DNA of 63,099 nt, filler included, from Choristocarpus tenellus KU-1152 (Eukaryota > Protista > Phaeophyceae), in NCBI GenBank assembly GCA_964200185.2. It is 12 parts of 12 records of this genome, joined end to end, with 100 filler letters (N's around TTAATTAATTAA, not from the genome) between each part and the next. Parts side by side here need not be neighbours in the genome. Positions count along the whole stretch, not along the records: positions 40,835 to 49,799 come from CAXNAD020004158.1; positions 49,900 to 56,552 come from CAXNAD020007647.1; positions 56,653 to 60,104 come from CAXNAD020019940.1; positions 60,205 to 63,099 come from CAXNAD020023833.1; 8 more parts are not named here. One strand, given 5' to 3'. Every line of letters begins with the position of its first letter. Position 1 is the stretch's first letter. The notes under the pieces were generated by a model, which saw only the letters and a list, made by a program, of their open reading frames with translations, did not search any database and was not told the origin of the DNA. Both the position numbers and the translations under genes were made by a program. Positions 49,795-60,851 of this stretch are shown in pieces.

Positions 49795-51345
49795 TACCCN
49801 NNNNNNNNNNNNNNNNNNNNNNNNNNNNNNNNNNNNNNNNNNNTTAATTAATTAANNNNNNNNNNNNNNNNNNNNNNNNNNNNNNNNNNNNNNNNNNNNG
49901 TGAGTGGCGGCGGCAGGGGTGCGGGGTCCATTTCTACCAATCTACGAGCAAACACAGGGGGACTGGCAGTCTCACTTGCTTTGCTGCCTATTCTACGATC
50001 AAGGGTGGGATTATTTTTCTTTTGGGTTACTTTTGCTACAACTCTAACGGGGGGTTGTGTTGACCACAGGAGCCATCCTAAGAGTCAAATTCAACATATT
50101 GTCAGCATGAAGCACAGGGAATGAACGGCCACCACTATACTCTCTGATGCATTGCCATACCAGACAGACATTGATTGTCCACATAATCCTTGATGCAAGC
50201 CCCGCCAGGCTATTCTGACTGTGATCTCTGTCCAGCTCTCTTCCTCTTGGATCTACTTTTCCCCAGGGTATTCATCCAGTGTCAGGTGGTCAAGTGCAAG
50301 GGTTGGAAGCAGTGGGGGTAGTCACAGCCAGAAAAAAGGGCAACTGATAGATTGATTATGGCAGCACTTGAACTGCCAATGGGACCCTACAAATGATGGC
50401 CCCCACACTTTCTTCAAGAAAGGTGAATGGGATTATTATTAGTAGCCCCTACCCCTGGCATTGTGTTAATGGTTGAGGATATTGCATGAAGCACCCGTAC
50501 ATTTCAGGCGTGTGGATGTTGAATATAAACAATCAACTTAAATATATAATAACATACTCGGGAGTACATCTTTTTTCAACTGTAGCAACAAGTCCCAATC
50601 TCTCACTCACTTGCGAATGACCCAAAAATTGCTGCTCCCCTCCTCCGTGCCATCATTGCCTTTGCACTTGTCATCATTGTTGGTCTCATCTTCCACTGGC
50701 AGAGTTCGCATCTTCACCATGCTGGTCATACGCACATAAGCAGATACACGTGTACACACATGTCATGTTGGCACAAGGTGGGGGTTGCTCAATGAGAATC
50801 TCAATCACGCGTTGATGCAGGTGACACAGAGTCTATCATCACACTCAGCCAACCCTCCACCTATCAACTGATCCATCGCAGAAAAATTCAACCACTTATT
50901 TGTCTGGTGGTACAAGATCAGAGAGAGAGAGAGAGAACTCTTCGGAGAGGAGGAACAAGGGACAATGTGTTCAAAGAAAAACAGTTGGGAAATTTGTTGG
51001 CGTTATTATTATGAATATAAGGTACTACCAAATATGATAGTATGCTTGAACATATTGCTGTGGGCAAGACAGGCTGGGACTGATGCAGAACCGAAAACAG
51101 TGGGACAGCTTTTTCGATCCATCTGTCTGCCAACAATCTCTCTGTTAGTTGGTAGGAAAAGTATTGTTTTTTCTTTCTTTCTTCTTGGCGGGTCTGCAGA
51201 CCACAGAACCCAAGGACTGCATTTCAAAGGCTGACTAGAACCATGCAGTCTGGTGGGTCGAGGAATAGCTGGATGAGCAAGGTGTAATATTTTCCTTCAC
51301 TGTATCCAGCTTCTCGCCCTACAAGATGGTACATGGCCATTGTAC

Positions 51346-54042
51346 TCACCCTACTTCTCGGTGTCTAAGACAGGTTTTACCCGAGGAAGCTCCGTGCTCA
51401 TTCTCTGCACCTTCAAACCCCCATAACCAGGCCTGTCGACACCCTGAAAAAGAGCACAGATCAATGCCTTGACTGGATGCTGGCTCTCGAGATGTAACAG
51501 GTTGATTGAAGGCATGCCTTGAGTCGTCCCATGTAGGCGTTGTTGTTGTTTGTTCAGCAGCTTTGTCATTCGTCGCTCCTCTTGTTAGCACTGTCATCAT
51601 TGTTGCTGTTGGTGCACTACCCGGACCTGTCCCTTGCTGCTGCCTTGAAGCGCGACTTGGAGGCACCACAAATGAAGACAGGAGTTTTCCAATAGAGGTG
51701 CTGCCATCCACAGGGCGTAGGGAGTAGCCCTCAGGTGAAGGAGAGGGCATCGGTTTTGACTGACTCGAGTGTGTTGAATGAGGGGGACAGGACTGCTTAC
51801 AGGAATATGTTGGCAGGGTATCATTTAACGGGCATGTGGAACCGCTATTAGTGACAGGGTGGATGGGAAGTAGGATTGAGTCCCCTTCCGCAACTGTTGC
51901 AGCCCACTCCTTCTCAGATGGTGTTGGTGACCTGGCCTTGGGGGGCATCCAGTCATTACCTGTGCCTCTTGAGAAGTTATTGAACCCATCACAGCCTGTC
52001 AATGACTCCCTAGGTCCAGTATCTTTGGCCAACTCAATTGTTCCCCCTAATTTCGCTTTCTTGGTCTTTGCAACCTTTCTCGCAGTGGCCATGGTCTTAC
52101 ACTTTGCTGCAGCTCCCGAGTTCTCAAAGGCCTTGGGTGACTGCATGCTGCTATATTCTACACACCCTCGCCGCCTCCCCCACCTGCTGGCCCTATTTCC
52201 AGGACTTCCTTTTCCTCCCTTGACTCCCTTACCCCACCTCCCCCCTCTCCCACTTTTTGTTAGAGATCGACCGGACTGATTCCTGCCAGGCACGCTTCTC
52301 ATCCTGCCCCTAGTGTTACTCTCAATTTCTTTGCCTGCACACGCTTGATTAGGCCCTTCCCCGCTCGATTGTAAACTGGGGGAGGAGGATGTGGAATGTC
52401 TCTTTGATCTTCGACGGGGTGACTTGCTTTGAAAGGCTCGAGGGTCACTGTCCATGAGCAATGGGTGTTGTTTTCGAAAGCTGCCCTGAATCTCTGTGGA
52501 GCTTATCAAATCTAGTCCAGGTGAAGGAGAGAGAGGCCTATTCAGATCTTCCAAAAGAGAGTGCCCATTGCCTCTTCCATCAAGAAAGGTGGCTTCAAGG
52601 AATGAGAACGGCTCATCATCATCACCCCTCCCGTCACTCTTAAGAAAGTCAAGGGGCAACGGCACTCCAGGTGCATTCTTTTCATCTCCCAAGCTGGACG
52701 AAACTACTGGGTTGAATGGCAATCTATCACCACCTGCAACTTCTACAGATGCATTGGTGGACTGTTTAGTGAGAACTTGTTTTTGTGGGCTCTGCACCCT
52801 CAAGGGTGATCTTGTAGACATTGATTCTTGCTGCTCCAGGAACCATCGTCCAACTTCTGCACCTCTTGCTAGACGCCGATCTTTTGCTTTGACTGCATTT
52901 GGAAGACCACGTTGGGCTTCACTAAGTTTTGTTGGTTGGATCCTGCCCCACCTTGCCACTTTACCTTGATCTCCCACTACTTCGTCGCTGCCCCCTTGAC
53001 TACCACTACTGGCCTTTCTAGCTCTTCTCCGCTTGGCACAGAGTGATTGGGCTTCAATATATGTTGGGAAACGAGGACCTATTCTCTGGGTGTATGACAA
53101 ATCTTCGATGTTTCTTTGATTGGTGCTTTGAGCTCTCAGACCAAACTGGAGCATGGATGGGTCCCAGGGACGGGGAAACTGAGACTGCTGAGACTTGGAG
53201 CAATCATTGTCGTTGCCGTGAGGGAATTGGTAGGCATGAGGGTGAAGGTGGGAATAGAGGCGGCGGCGGTGGTGGTGGTGGTGTTGGTGAATATGGTTAT
53301 GGTTGGGATGTATGTGTGGAGGGAATGGATGGATGGGGTAAATGCCTGTGGGGTTGGCTCTTGCTCCAACTTCTGCATCCTCGTCGATCGTAGCCTTGCC
53401 TTTCTCCTCTACTACGATGCCAGCCGACTTCCACAAATTCAGTGAGTTCTTGAGGATGCCGGACCCAAGTTGACCTGGTCGAGGTCTCGTCCTTGGTCTT
53501 GGTGGGAAAGAAATCGTGGCCATGGCCATTGCCGAGGTGGAAGATTGATCGAAGGGCACCCTTCTTGCATGCCTGGCCGACAAAGCTCTTGCTCTTCCAA
53601 TGCGGACCGACTGTGGGTACTCTATTCCACCAACGAAATGTTCCATCACCCACGCACGGTGGTTCTTGGACCAGACCATTGTTGCCGACCCGTTGTCGCT
53701 CCAGGCACATAGAGGGCTCTCAAAACAATCGAGTTGCATAATCATTGCAGCAGGTATCATCGCACATGGGATCAAGCCCGTCAAAGAACTAGGTGCCAGA
53801 CCTGAATCTGTGCTTCCAGAGCCAGCAGAGAGCAGTCCATCTGTAACAGTGGATGAGCAAGTAGGGCCGCTCATGCCTTTTGTATACTTGATGACATGAG
53901 GTATTGGAGCAGGCTGAACTGAATGCTTTTGGGGGACACTCACCCACGTTAAAATGTTTGGCTCAAAACTATCCTCATAGAATTTGAAGGGAAAAATTGT
54001 TACCGTTTCCTCGAAACGCTCCAGGTTTGTGTTGAGATTCAT
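51346..54042 (-). CDS. Large ORF (898 codons), unknown protein: ~170-aa ordered-looking N-terminus, His tract, long basic/Ser-rich disordered region
   Basis: A 2.7-kb stop-free frame starting at ATG, divergent from the DGD gene. It may splice near its 3' end to a short terminal exon around 51230-51140. Confidence 0.8.
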   Translation of the reverse strand: MNLNTNLERFEETVTIFPFKFYEDSFEPNILTWVSVPQKHSVQPAPIPHVIKYTKGMSGPTCSSTVTDGLLSAGSGSTDSGLAPSSLTGLIPCAMIPAAMIMQLDCFESPLCAWSDNGSATMVWSKNHRAWVMEHFVGGIEYPQSVRIGRARALSARHARRVPFDQSSTSAMAMATISFPPRPRTRPRPGQLGSGILKNSLNLWKSAGIVVEEKGKATIDEDAEVGARANPTGIYPIHPFPPHIHPNHNHIHQHHHHHRRRLYSHLHPHAYQFPHGNDNDCSKSQQSQFPRPWDPSMLQFGLRAQSTNQRNIEDLSYTQRIGPRFPTYIEAQSLCAKRRRARKASSGSQGGSDEVVGDQGKVARWGRIQPTKLSEAQRGLPNAVKAKDRRLARGAEVGRWFLEQQESMSTRSPLRVQSPQKQVLTKQSTNASVEVAGGDRLPFNPVVSSSLGDEKNAPGVPLPLDFLKSDGRGDDDEPFSFLEATFLDGRGNGHSLLEDLNRPLSPSPGLDLISSTEIQGSFRKQHPLLMDSDPRAFQSKSPRRRSKRHSTSSSPSLQSSGEGPNQACAGKEIESNTRGRMRSVPGRNQSGRSLTKSGRGGRWGKGVKGGKGSPGNRASRWGRRRGCVEYSSMQSPKAFENSGAAAKCKTMATARKVAKTKKAKLGGTIELAKDTGPRESLTGCDGFNNFSRGTGNDWMPPKARSPTPSEKEWAATVAEGDSILLPIHPVTNSGSTCPLNDTLPTYSCKQSCPPHSTHSSQSKPMPSPSPEGYSLRPVDGSTSIGKLLSSFVVPPSRASRQQQGTGPGSAPTATMMTVLTRGATNDKAAEQTTTTPTWDDSRHAFNQPVTSREPASSQGIDLCSFSGCRQAWLWGFEGAENEHGASSGKTCLRHREVG

Positions 54043-54282
54043 TCAATTAGGGTTAGGGAAATCTTCTAACAATAAATCGAATATAACCCCCAACAGTTTG
54101 ATATCTCATGGTGTTCCTAGCCACGTTGCAGGTTCGATTAAAAAGGTCGTACTTATTTTGAATCTTACATCTCCTTCTTGTGAAGTAGATAAAGTGAGTA
54201 CATACCGTAGTGCGGGTGTGCACTTCTGTCCAATACTTACGTGGAGAAAGTTTGGTAGCTATAACCGTCCCTTGGCCTCGGT

Positions 54283-56502
54283 ATGCTTCTGTTAGGACCG
54301 GAATCTAGTTTCCTCGCGGAGGGAATTATTGGAAGGGACGTAAACGAACTTCGGGAGTGCCCGAATACGAATGTTGTAGATCCTGTTCGCAGAATATGGA
54401 TATTCACCACAGCCAGGTAGGTCCCTACTGGATAGCTCTTGCCAATGGGAGTATAGATCCATTATGGGTAGTAAACATTGTTCGAGGTGACCTTATAGCT
54501 AAGCATCCTTCACCTCACGCCATGAACAACTACCAACTTCTCCCCAGAAAATAGAGATATAGACAGCATGAATTTGGTGAATGATCTTATGGTGCCACTT
54601 CTTGACTACCGTAACTAATTGCTTCAAAGTAGACGAATACTTGGATCGTATCTATTTTCACTTTTCGACCAGATTAAGTCAAGCGGCTAAACAACCGACT
54701 TCTTCCCAATTACATGGTTGGAACATCCCGTTCGCTCCTGATCTTGACTCGAGACTTCTTTAGTCTGCCTTGGATGACAGGAACAGCCGTTAATCCACTA
54801 CTGAGGGCGGCATTTTTAACAAGGGGTCGAGCATCAGGGTTGGTGAGGTTGCTACTTGCGGATACTAAATATAGGGATGGGGTCTTGGGCGTATTCTGTT
54901 GTCGGTACGTCGTGCATTGGCCGATATTCTGAGCCCAGCTGGTGGGGTATGCGTACGAGATGCCGGCTCAAATGGGTTCGTTTGATTTTTTTTGTAGCTA
55001 ATGTTGTGTAGGACCGACTATAATTTTAGAAAGAAAAGCTGTTTGCACTACTTCCAATGAGTGAGGTTCTGCTTTATGGCTCGGGTAAATCTGTGGGTTG
55101 GATATACACCCACATAGATTACATTCCTCCTAAGCACGTTCTCTGTTGCAAGCAGAAAATATGTTAATACATACTTCGCGCTGGGATGACGCAGGTTACC
55201 TTGGCGGTTCCATGGTTAGAAGCCGAGGACCTCAAGACGTTGGTGGGAGATGGCTTCAAATTTGACAGTCCGCAACACCAGGTTGGTTCTCACGCTCTTT
55301 TCAAATCCATGTCCCTCGTTCTTGTTTCACTAATCATCTGTATCAACCTCTTCAAACACCTTTCCCAAACTTTTCACCCTTAACATGAAATTAGTCAACA
55401 CTGTAAATGCCTCCATTTTGTGATTTTTGTTTGAACTAACTGCAAAGGTACTGGGTTGAAAAATGACCAATCCCTCTTCTCTCCCCAATAAACCTGATTT
55501 AAGTGGCATTGTTTGAGTTCACTTCTTGTGTCCCCATACCTCCATGTTCCCCTCGTTCCATACCCATTTGTAGCCTTCACACAATCTTATTGTATTCATG
55601 CGACTGTTTTTATAATTTCTCTTGCAACCCAGCATTGTGCTCCCCAGTGGAATATCCAGAATAAATTTTGTCAATCAAATTTTAATTAAATATATGTGTA
55701 TCTCTTTTGCATTATTTATAGCTTCAATGCTTTGGACAGGACGATTGTGCTTAAGATGATACTACAGAATCAATCTATGATGTGACACTGAGGGTAGAGA
55801 ATCACTCTGCCTCCCACAATCCTAACCCCAGCAGTACAATAACCCAATCTGTTTTCTGTCCCTCATTTAACCTTCCCAAGCTCAGGAGGACTTTGTCAGG
55901 CGATGGCTCATAGAAGATGCGGGAATGGAGGAGGAGGCAGGGAAAATGTCTATCATTTTCTATCCAGCACGCTACAACATTGGGTTGGGATCTGTATTTC
56001 CCACAAATGACCTTACCGCTTTGGTGTGTTGCCCAACAGTTTTGTCGATGGAAGGAAATGGGTTTTGTGAATGGCAGGTTTTGCATGGGGCATGTAACGA
56101 TTTGTGATTGCCCTGTTGTTCCAGTGCGGCGAATGTGTGAGAACTCTACATATGAACATTCATTTATTGAGTGCTCCACATAGAGAGATGCGTGGGCACA
56201 ACCCAAATGGTGATCCTCATGAATTGACTTTCATGAAAACACGTTTTTGTTGTGGTCTCACCCGTTGCTATTGTCACTGCTGGTATTTCTTGCTGTGACC
56301 CTCACCGCCTGGAGTAATCTGGACCTGTGCAATTCCCCCATTAGCTGAGTCGAGATGTCAATCGTGACATCTCACTGTCTCCTCAACAATGCACTTCAAT
56401 GACCCAGGTACCTCAAGAGGATGCAGATGTATGTGTGCTGGAGGAGCCCGAGCACCTCAACTGGTACAAAGCGGATGGGCCTGCTTGGACGGACAAGTTC
56501 AA
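54283..56502 (+). CDS. DGD: Digalactosyldiacylglycerol synthase (GT4), 5' part; exons 54283-54416, 54764-54842, 55195-55281, 55886-56023, 56408-56502
   Basis: Spliced product: RIWIFTTAS|LPWMTGTAVNPLLRAAFL...|VTLAVPWL...FDSPQHQ|EDFVRRWL...FYPARY...SVFPTNDLTAL|VPQEDADVCVLEEPEHLNWY...WTDKF. These are diagnostic DGD1/DGD2 motifs, and all intron phases are consistent. The start codon is tentative. Confidence 0.93.
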
Positions 56503-56705
56503 GTGAGAATATGAAGTAGACCGCTACTTCAACGGCAAAAGCCTGCCCGCCCNNNNNNNNNNNNNNNNNNNNNNNNNNNNNNNNNNNNNNNNNNNNTTAA
56601 TTAATTAANNNNNNNNNNNNNNNNNNNNNNNNNNNNNNNNNNNNNNNNNNNNCTCCTTTGGTGTCTTGCCCCCCACTATAAAGAAAAAAAAAGGGGTGTA
56701 TGTGT

Positions 56706-56882
56706 GGGGGGGGGGGGGGGGGGGTGGCGGCTGTCCGATTTGGGTCAATTTTTTCATGTCGCGGTTTTTGGATGATTTGGTTGCATACGTCGGATTGATA
56801 ATGTAAGTGCACTTCTCCTGGTTTTGGCCCAAATGGACACCCAGGTGTAGACCCCCCTCCCCCCCCCAGATAACTTTGGGTC
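56706..56882 (-). mobile_element. MITE family B copy, one end lost in poly-G near the contig start
   Basis: The body matches 23637-23820 and ends CCCCCCAGATAACTTTGGGTC. Confidence 0.8.
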
Positions 56883-58721
56883 AAAACCAATCCCAACTTG
56901 ATTGAGTGTTACGAGACTGTTCAGCCTAAACCTACGACCCCAACCACCATTCCCTTCAAAACACGGCTCCCACACAAAGAAAAGTGTTTTCAATAGTTGT
57001 AGAACTCGCTCTATAATAGTTTATTTAAAACCGCAATAAATACTCAACCTTCCATTTATTATCAATCTCATTTCCTCACTCAGTCCATACTCCTTCCATG
57101 ACATCGAAGAGATGGGTAACCCACCTACAACCTCCTTGCTTGTCTTGGTCTTCTAGCTTAGTTATCAGGTTTTCTACCCTTCGGGAAATAACTAGTATGC
57201 TTACGTAGAGAGCTTTGTGCGAAAGCGTATTTGAACTTTGTGATCCGACGAAATGCAGAACTCGTATCTATGTGTTAGTTTATTTTTCTGTTACATGCAA
57301 AGAACCAGTAAACCTCCTTTCATATAAATCCCTTTCTGCTTTGTTAGATCCCTGTCAAATATCCGCCCGTTTCCTTCTGGCGAGAGTCCAAACTATGAAT
57401 ATCAACATTACTATTATTTCTTTGTAATATCAAACCTTATTCCAAGACTTCAACGCACTCTCACCCCTGTATCTCAGTAAAAAGCGAACAAAAATGGTCA
57501 GCACCTATCTAGGCAATACAAACTACACAGGTCACAATCATTGCCATCCTGCTCTCAAATCAAGGCAACAACTCTGTCCACAAATAATTCCTTCCCCAAA
57601 CAAGGTTGAGCAATAGTTTGGAAGCGAAGTAATCTGAGCTATCTCCCTAAATGTTTGGCAGTGTTTCATTTTGATGCCTGTTGTATTAATAATGGAAGTC
57701 CAGGAATGCATCACCTGGGTACGTAAGGTCATCCTCAAGGGCATATGAAGACCAGTAGCATATTTCATGGTATTATCTACTTATGTAAGCCCCTATTTCA
57801 TCTAGTGTCCACTTGAGCTATCACAATTTCCATACAAGTAAAGAGCAAGGCACCACATAGACATGTGGCACCAGGTCCTTTCCAACGCAAACCATCAAAA
57901 TAAAGTCGATGAAATGAGTGAGAGTCGATTTTTAGATGGGCCACAAACTGCGCCCAAGTACATAAAATGCAGGACATGCCCATATGTCTGCCTATCTACC
58001 AAGAGAGGGTCAACAGTAGTATCGAGTATATCTTTGATGAAGCAATATGAACTCCAAACTACGTCAACCATTTCTTACATGGTAATACCTTACCACCAAC
58101 CGACAAAAAATCGATTCTCTAATCTATTTCAGACATTAAAACAAATGAGAAATTCTCCTATGAATGCAATACATGTAACAAAACTCAATGCAATTGTAGC
58201 GTGTCAATAGGTCCTCGGACAAAATTAGAGCCTCCAACCCTCAACATTTCGTCTACGTCTACTCTTACGAAGACCTATCAAGAGGGAACAAAGATAGAAT
58301 TCCCTTGTACTTGAGTTTACTGTGGAACGTTTCCGATCCAAAAACATATCTTGAAAAGGGTCACAAAAACTTTAATCAGCACTGTTGAAACCACAAACTC
58401 TTTAGCCCTGAGCACAAGGATTTATCCGCAGTCCATCAAGCAGAGTGTCAGGCTAGACGATACTCTCCTTTGCAGAATATTTCAGCAACCTTTGTGCAGT
58501 TAGACATGGGCAAGTTAATTAAGCCCACACAATTGTCTTAGCACGGATGCTCGAAATCACACATCGCCTTGATCTCCACCCAATCAGGCACTGTGCAACG
58601 GAGAAGGAAGATGGACGACACGTTCATGAAATGTAAGAAAAAATACTGTAGATTGGCATGCAACAGGCAACAATAATTGTGAGTAATTTGGCATTAAGTT
58701 ATCAAGTGGCATTGCCCAATA

Positions 58722-59754
58722 TCATTGTCCATATTCACTCCAGACTAACCTGGAAGCAGGTTGTACTCCCTCCACAGTCTTGAGAGTACCCTTTTTCCCT
58801 CCACCACAAATGCCAACAACAACCGCCTTAATAGCACTTAAGGACTCGAAGAGAGGAAGGAAGACGATGATAAACGTGGCCACCAGGCCCCAGATCATGG
58901 ACAAAGCCACCCAGAATCCGAAGTAGCCCTCAGTGAAAACACCAGCAGGAAGGGAGAGCACAGGCCAGAGTAACACAATGATGAGGGTGAAGGTGATACC
59001 AAATTTTATTATCCAGTTCTTGGCAGCAGATAGCATGGCATCATCATAATCCGCTGATGTATGCCAAGCATTGTCATCCTCCTCAACCATCTTTATCTCC
59101 TTGGTGGTGGACCAGTCGTAGTTATCAGGGTTGGCCTTAGACACCATGTATGTTACAAATCCACTGAACAGGATTGAGACAAGGTTGCCCGAAAGCATGG
59201 GGTAGTTCTTGCCAGTGTTGTCCACGTTGATATCTGTGTAGAGGGCTGCTGTGGCAACAAGCCACGCAATGATGCCACAGATCTGACCTAGAACGGCGCC
59301 AGCAATGGCAGCCTTAGCAGTGCACTGCTTCCAGGTCAGTGCCATGGACACAGGGATAACTGCAGAACCGATGACCACGCCCATGAAGAGGTATACCCAG
59401 CCCAGGTTAAGTCCGATCTCATTAAGCACGATTGACAGCACACCCATAAAAGCACCAAAGAAGAAAATTGTGATACGAGAGACCTTAAGAATTTGGGCAC
59501 CAGTGGCAGCAGGGTTGATGTATGCACGGTACACATCATACGATATGAGCGAGGACACCGCAATTAGCTCAGCGGATCCGGTGGATGTTACAGCCATGAA
59601 GAGCATGATGAGGATGAGGGTAGCGCCACCTTTACCGAGGATGAAGAGGGCAGTGGCAGGGGGCACAAGTCCAGAACCAGCCTCATCACCAGTCAGGGGT
59701 AGCTGCATTGCAATGGCAGCCAAACCAAGGGAGGTAGCTAGCGCAAAAGGGATC
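58722..59754 (-). CDS. DUR3: Urea active transporter DUR3 (solute:sodium symporter family), 3' exon
   Basis: After acceptor CACCACAG|: IPFALATSLGLAA...GLVPPATA...MLFMAVTSTGSAELIAVSSLISYDVYRAYINP...LNLGWVYLFMGVVIGSAVIP...WPVLSLPAGVFTEGYF. The ORF residues upstream of 59754 are intronic. A possible late donor lies at 58748. Confidence 0.93.
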
Positions 59755-59946
59755 CTGTGGTGACAGCATTCATAAAAGGGGTTGAGCGTGATGTGAAAAT
59801 AGCAAAAAACCACACTTGAGTTGTCAATCGTCTTCCCATATCCAAATATCTTGTACATCTATATTTGGTATTAGCTCAAGGATCGAAACACAAATGGGTG
59901 GCAGTTTTAGTTTGTGCTGTTGCTTGCAAACCATTGCTATACTATC

Positions 59947-60104
59947 GACCCAAAGTATCTGGAGTGTGGGGTCTACACCAGGGTGTAAATTTGGACCAAA
60001 ATAAGGAAAAATGCATTTACATTATCCATCCGACGTATGCATCCAAATCAACCAAAAATCGCAATATGAAAAAATTGACCCCAAATGGACAGCCGCCACC
60101 CCCC
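59947..60104 (+). mobile_element. MITE family B copy in the DUR3 intron, broken at contig end
   Basis: GACCCAAAGTATCTGG...ATGAAAAAATTGACCCCAAATGGACAGCCGCCACCCCCC. Confidence 0.82.
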
Positions 60105-60256
60105 NNNNNNNNNNNNNNNNNNNNNNNNNNNNNNNNNNNNNNNNNNNNTTAATTAATTAANNNNNNNNNNNNNNNNNNNNNNNNNNNNNNNNNNNNNNNN
60201 NNNNTCTGGAGGGGGTGGGGGGGTTGTGTGCGTGAAATGGGGGTGGGGGGGGGCGT

Positions 60257-60299
<43 letters not shown>

Positions 60300-60623
60300 C
60301 TGGGAACAGCAATGGTAAGAACCAATCCATGTTGTGGTCACTATTGGGAGGTGGGGAGGGGGATTTGTAACAGGAGAAGGGGCCCCACAAAGGCAGGGGT
60401 GGGAATCAGGGTCAACTTTTGGAGTGATGGAATGGGATGTGAATGCATTGTCATTGGGGTGAGGAGATGAGCAACGCATATATTTATATTTATACAACGT
60501 TGCACAAAGTTGAGGTTACTCTCCCTGTCTTCTGGTCATGATTGTGTGACCACCAACAGTGGTACATGCAGTAGTAGTGTAGTAGTGGTGAGTCAAAGTG
60601 GATGATAGAGGGTACCCAGAGAT

Positions 60624-60851
60624 GCATCTTAAGGATGCCAGCAAATGTGTGCAAATTTTTTCCCCTTTTTTCAAATATGTATATTTTCCGAATTGTGTCG
60701 AGAAGTCTCAAACAATGGAGAAATCAACCCTCCGGAGTCAAAGTTTGCACTTCATACATATAAGTATGGGTAAATTGCAGTAGATTGAAAAACTGGTTTA
60801 AAATTTAAACTTAAAAAAACCTAGGTACCCCTATTTGCTTTGGCTCATCAC
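60624..60851 (+). repeat. Dispersed repeat, family C copy 3 (approximate)
   Basis: Collinear similarity with ~8810-9051 and ~26683-26863. Confidence 0.55.

Noticed and set aside
20494-59754. Nutrient-scavenging gene cluster (PhoD-like, DGD, DUR3)
   Set aside because: The genes lie on different contigs joined artificially; there is no evidence of linkage.
5888-60204. Recurrent TTAATTAATTAA palindrome as a biological motif
   Set aside because: It is always centred in identical 100-nt N blocks, so it is an artificial contig linker.
60258-60299. Poly-Pro/poly-Gly ORFs at contig ends
   Set aside because: They are translations of G/C homopolymers that may be partly sequencing artefacts.
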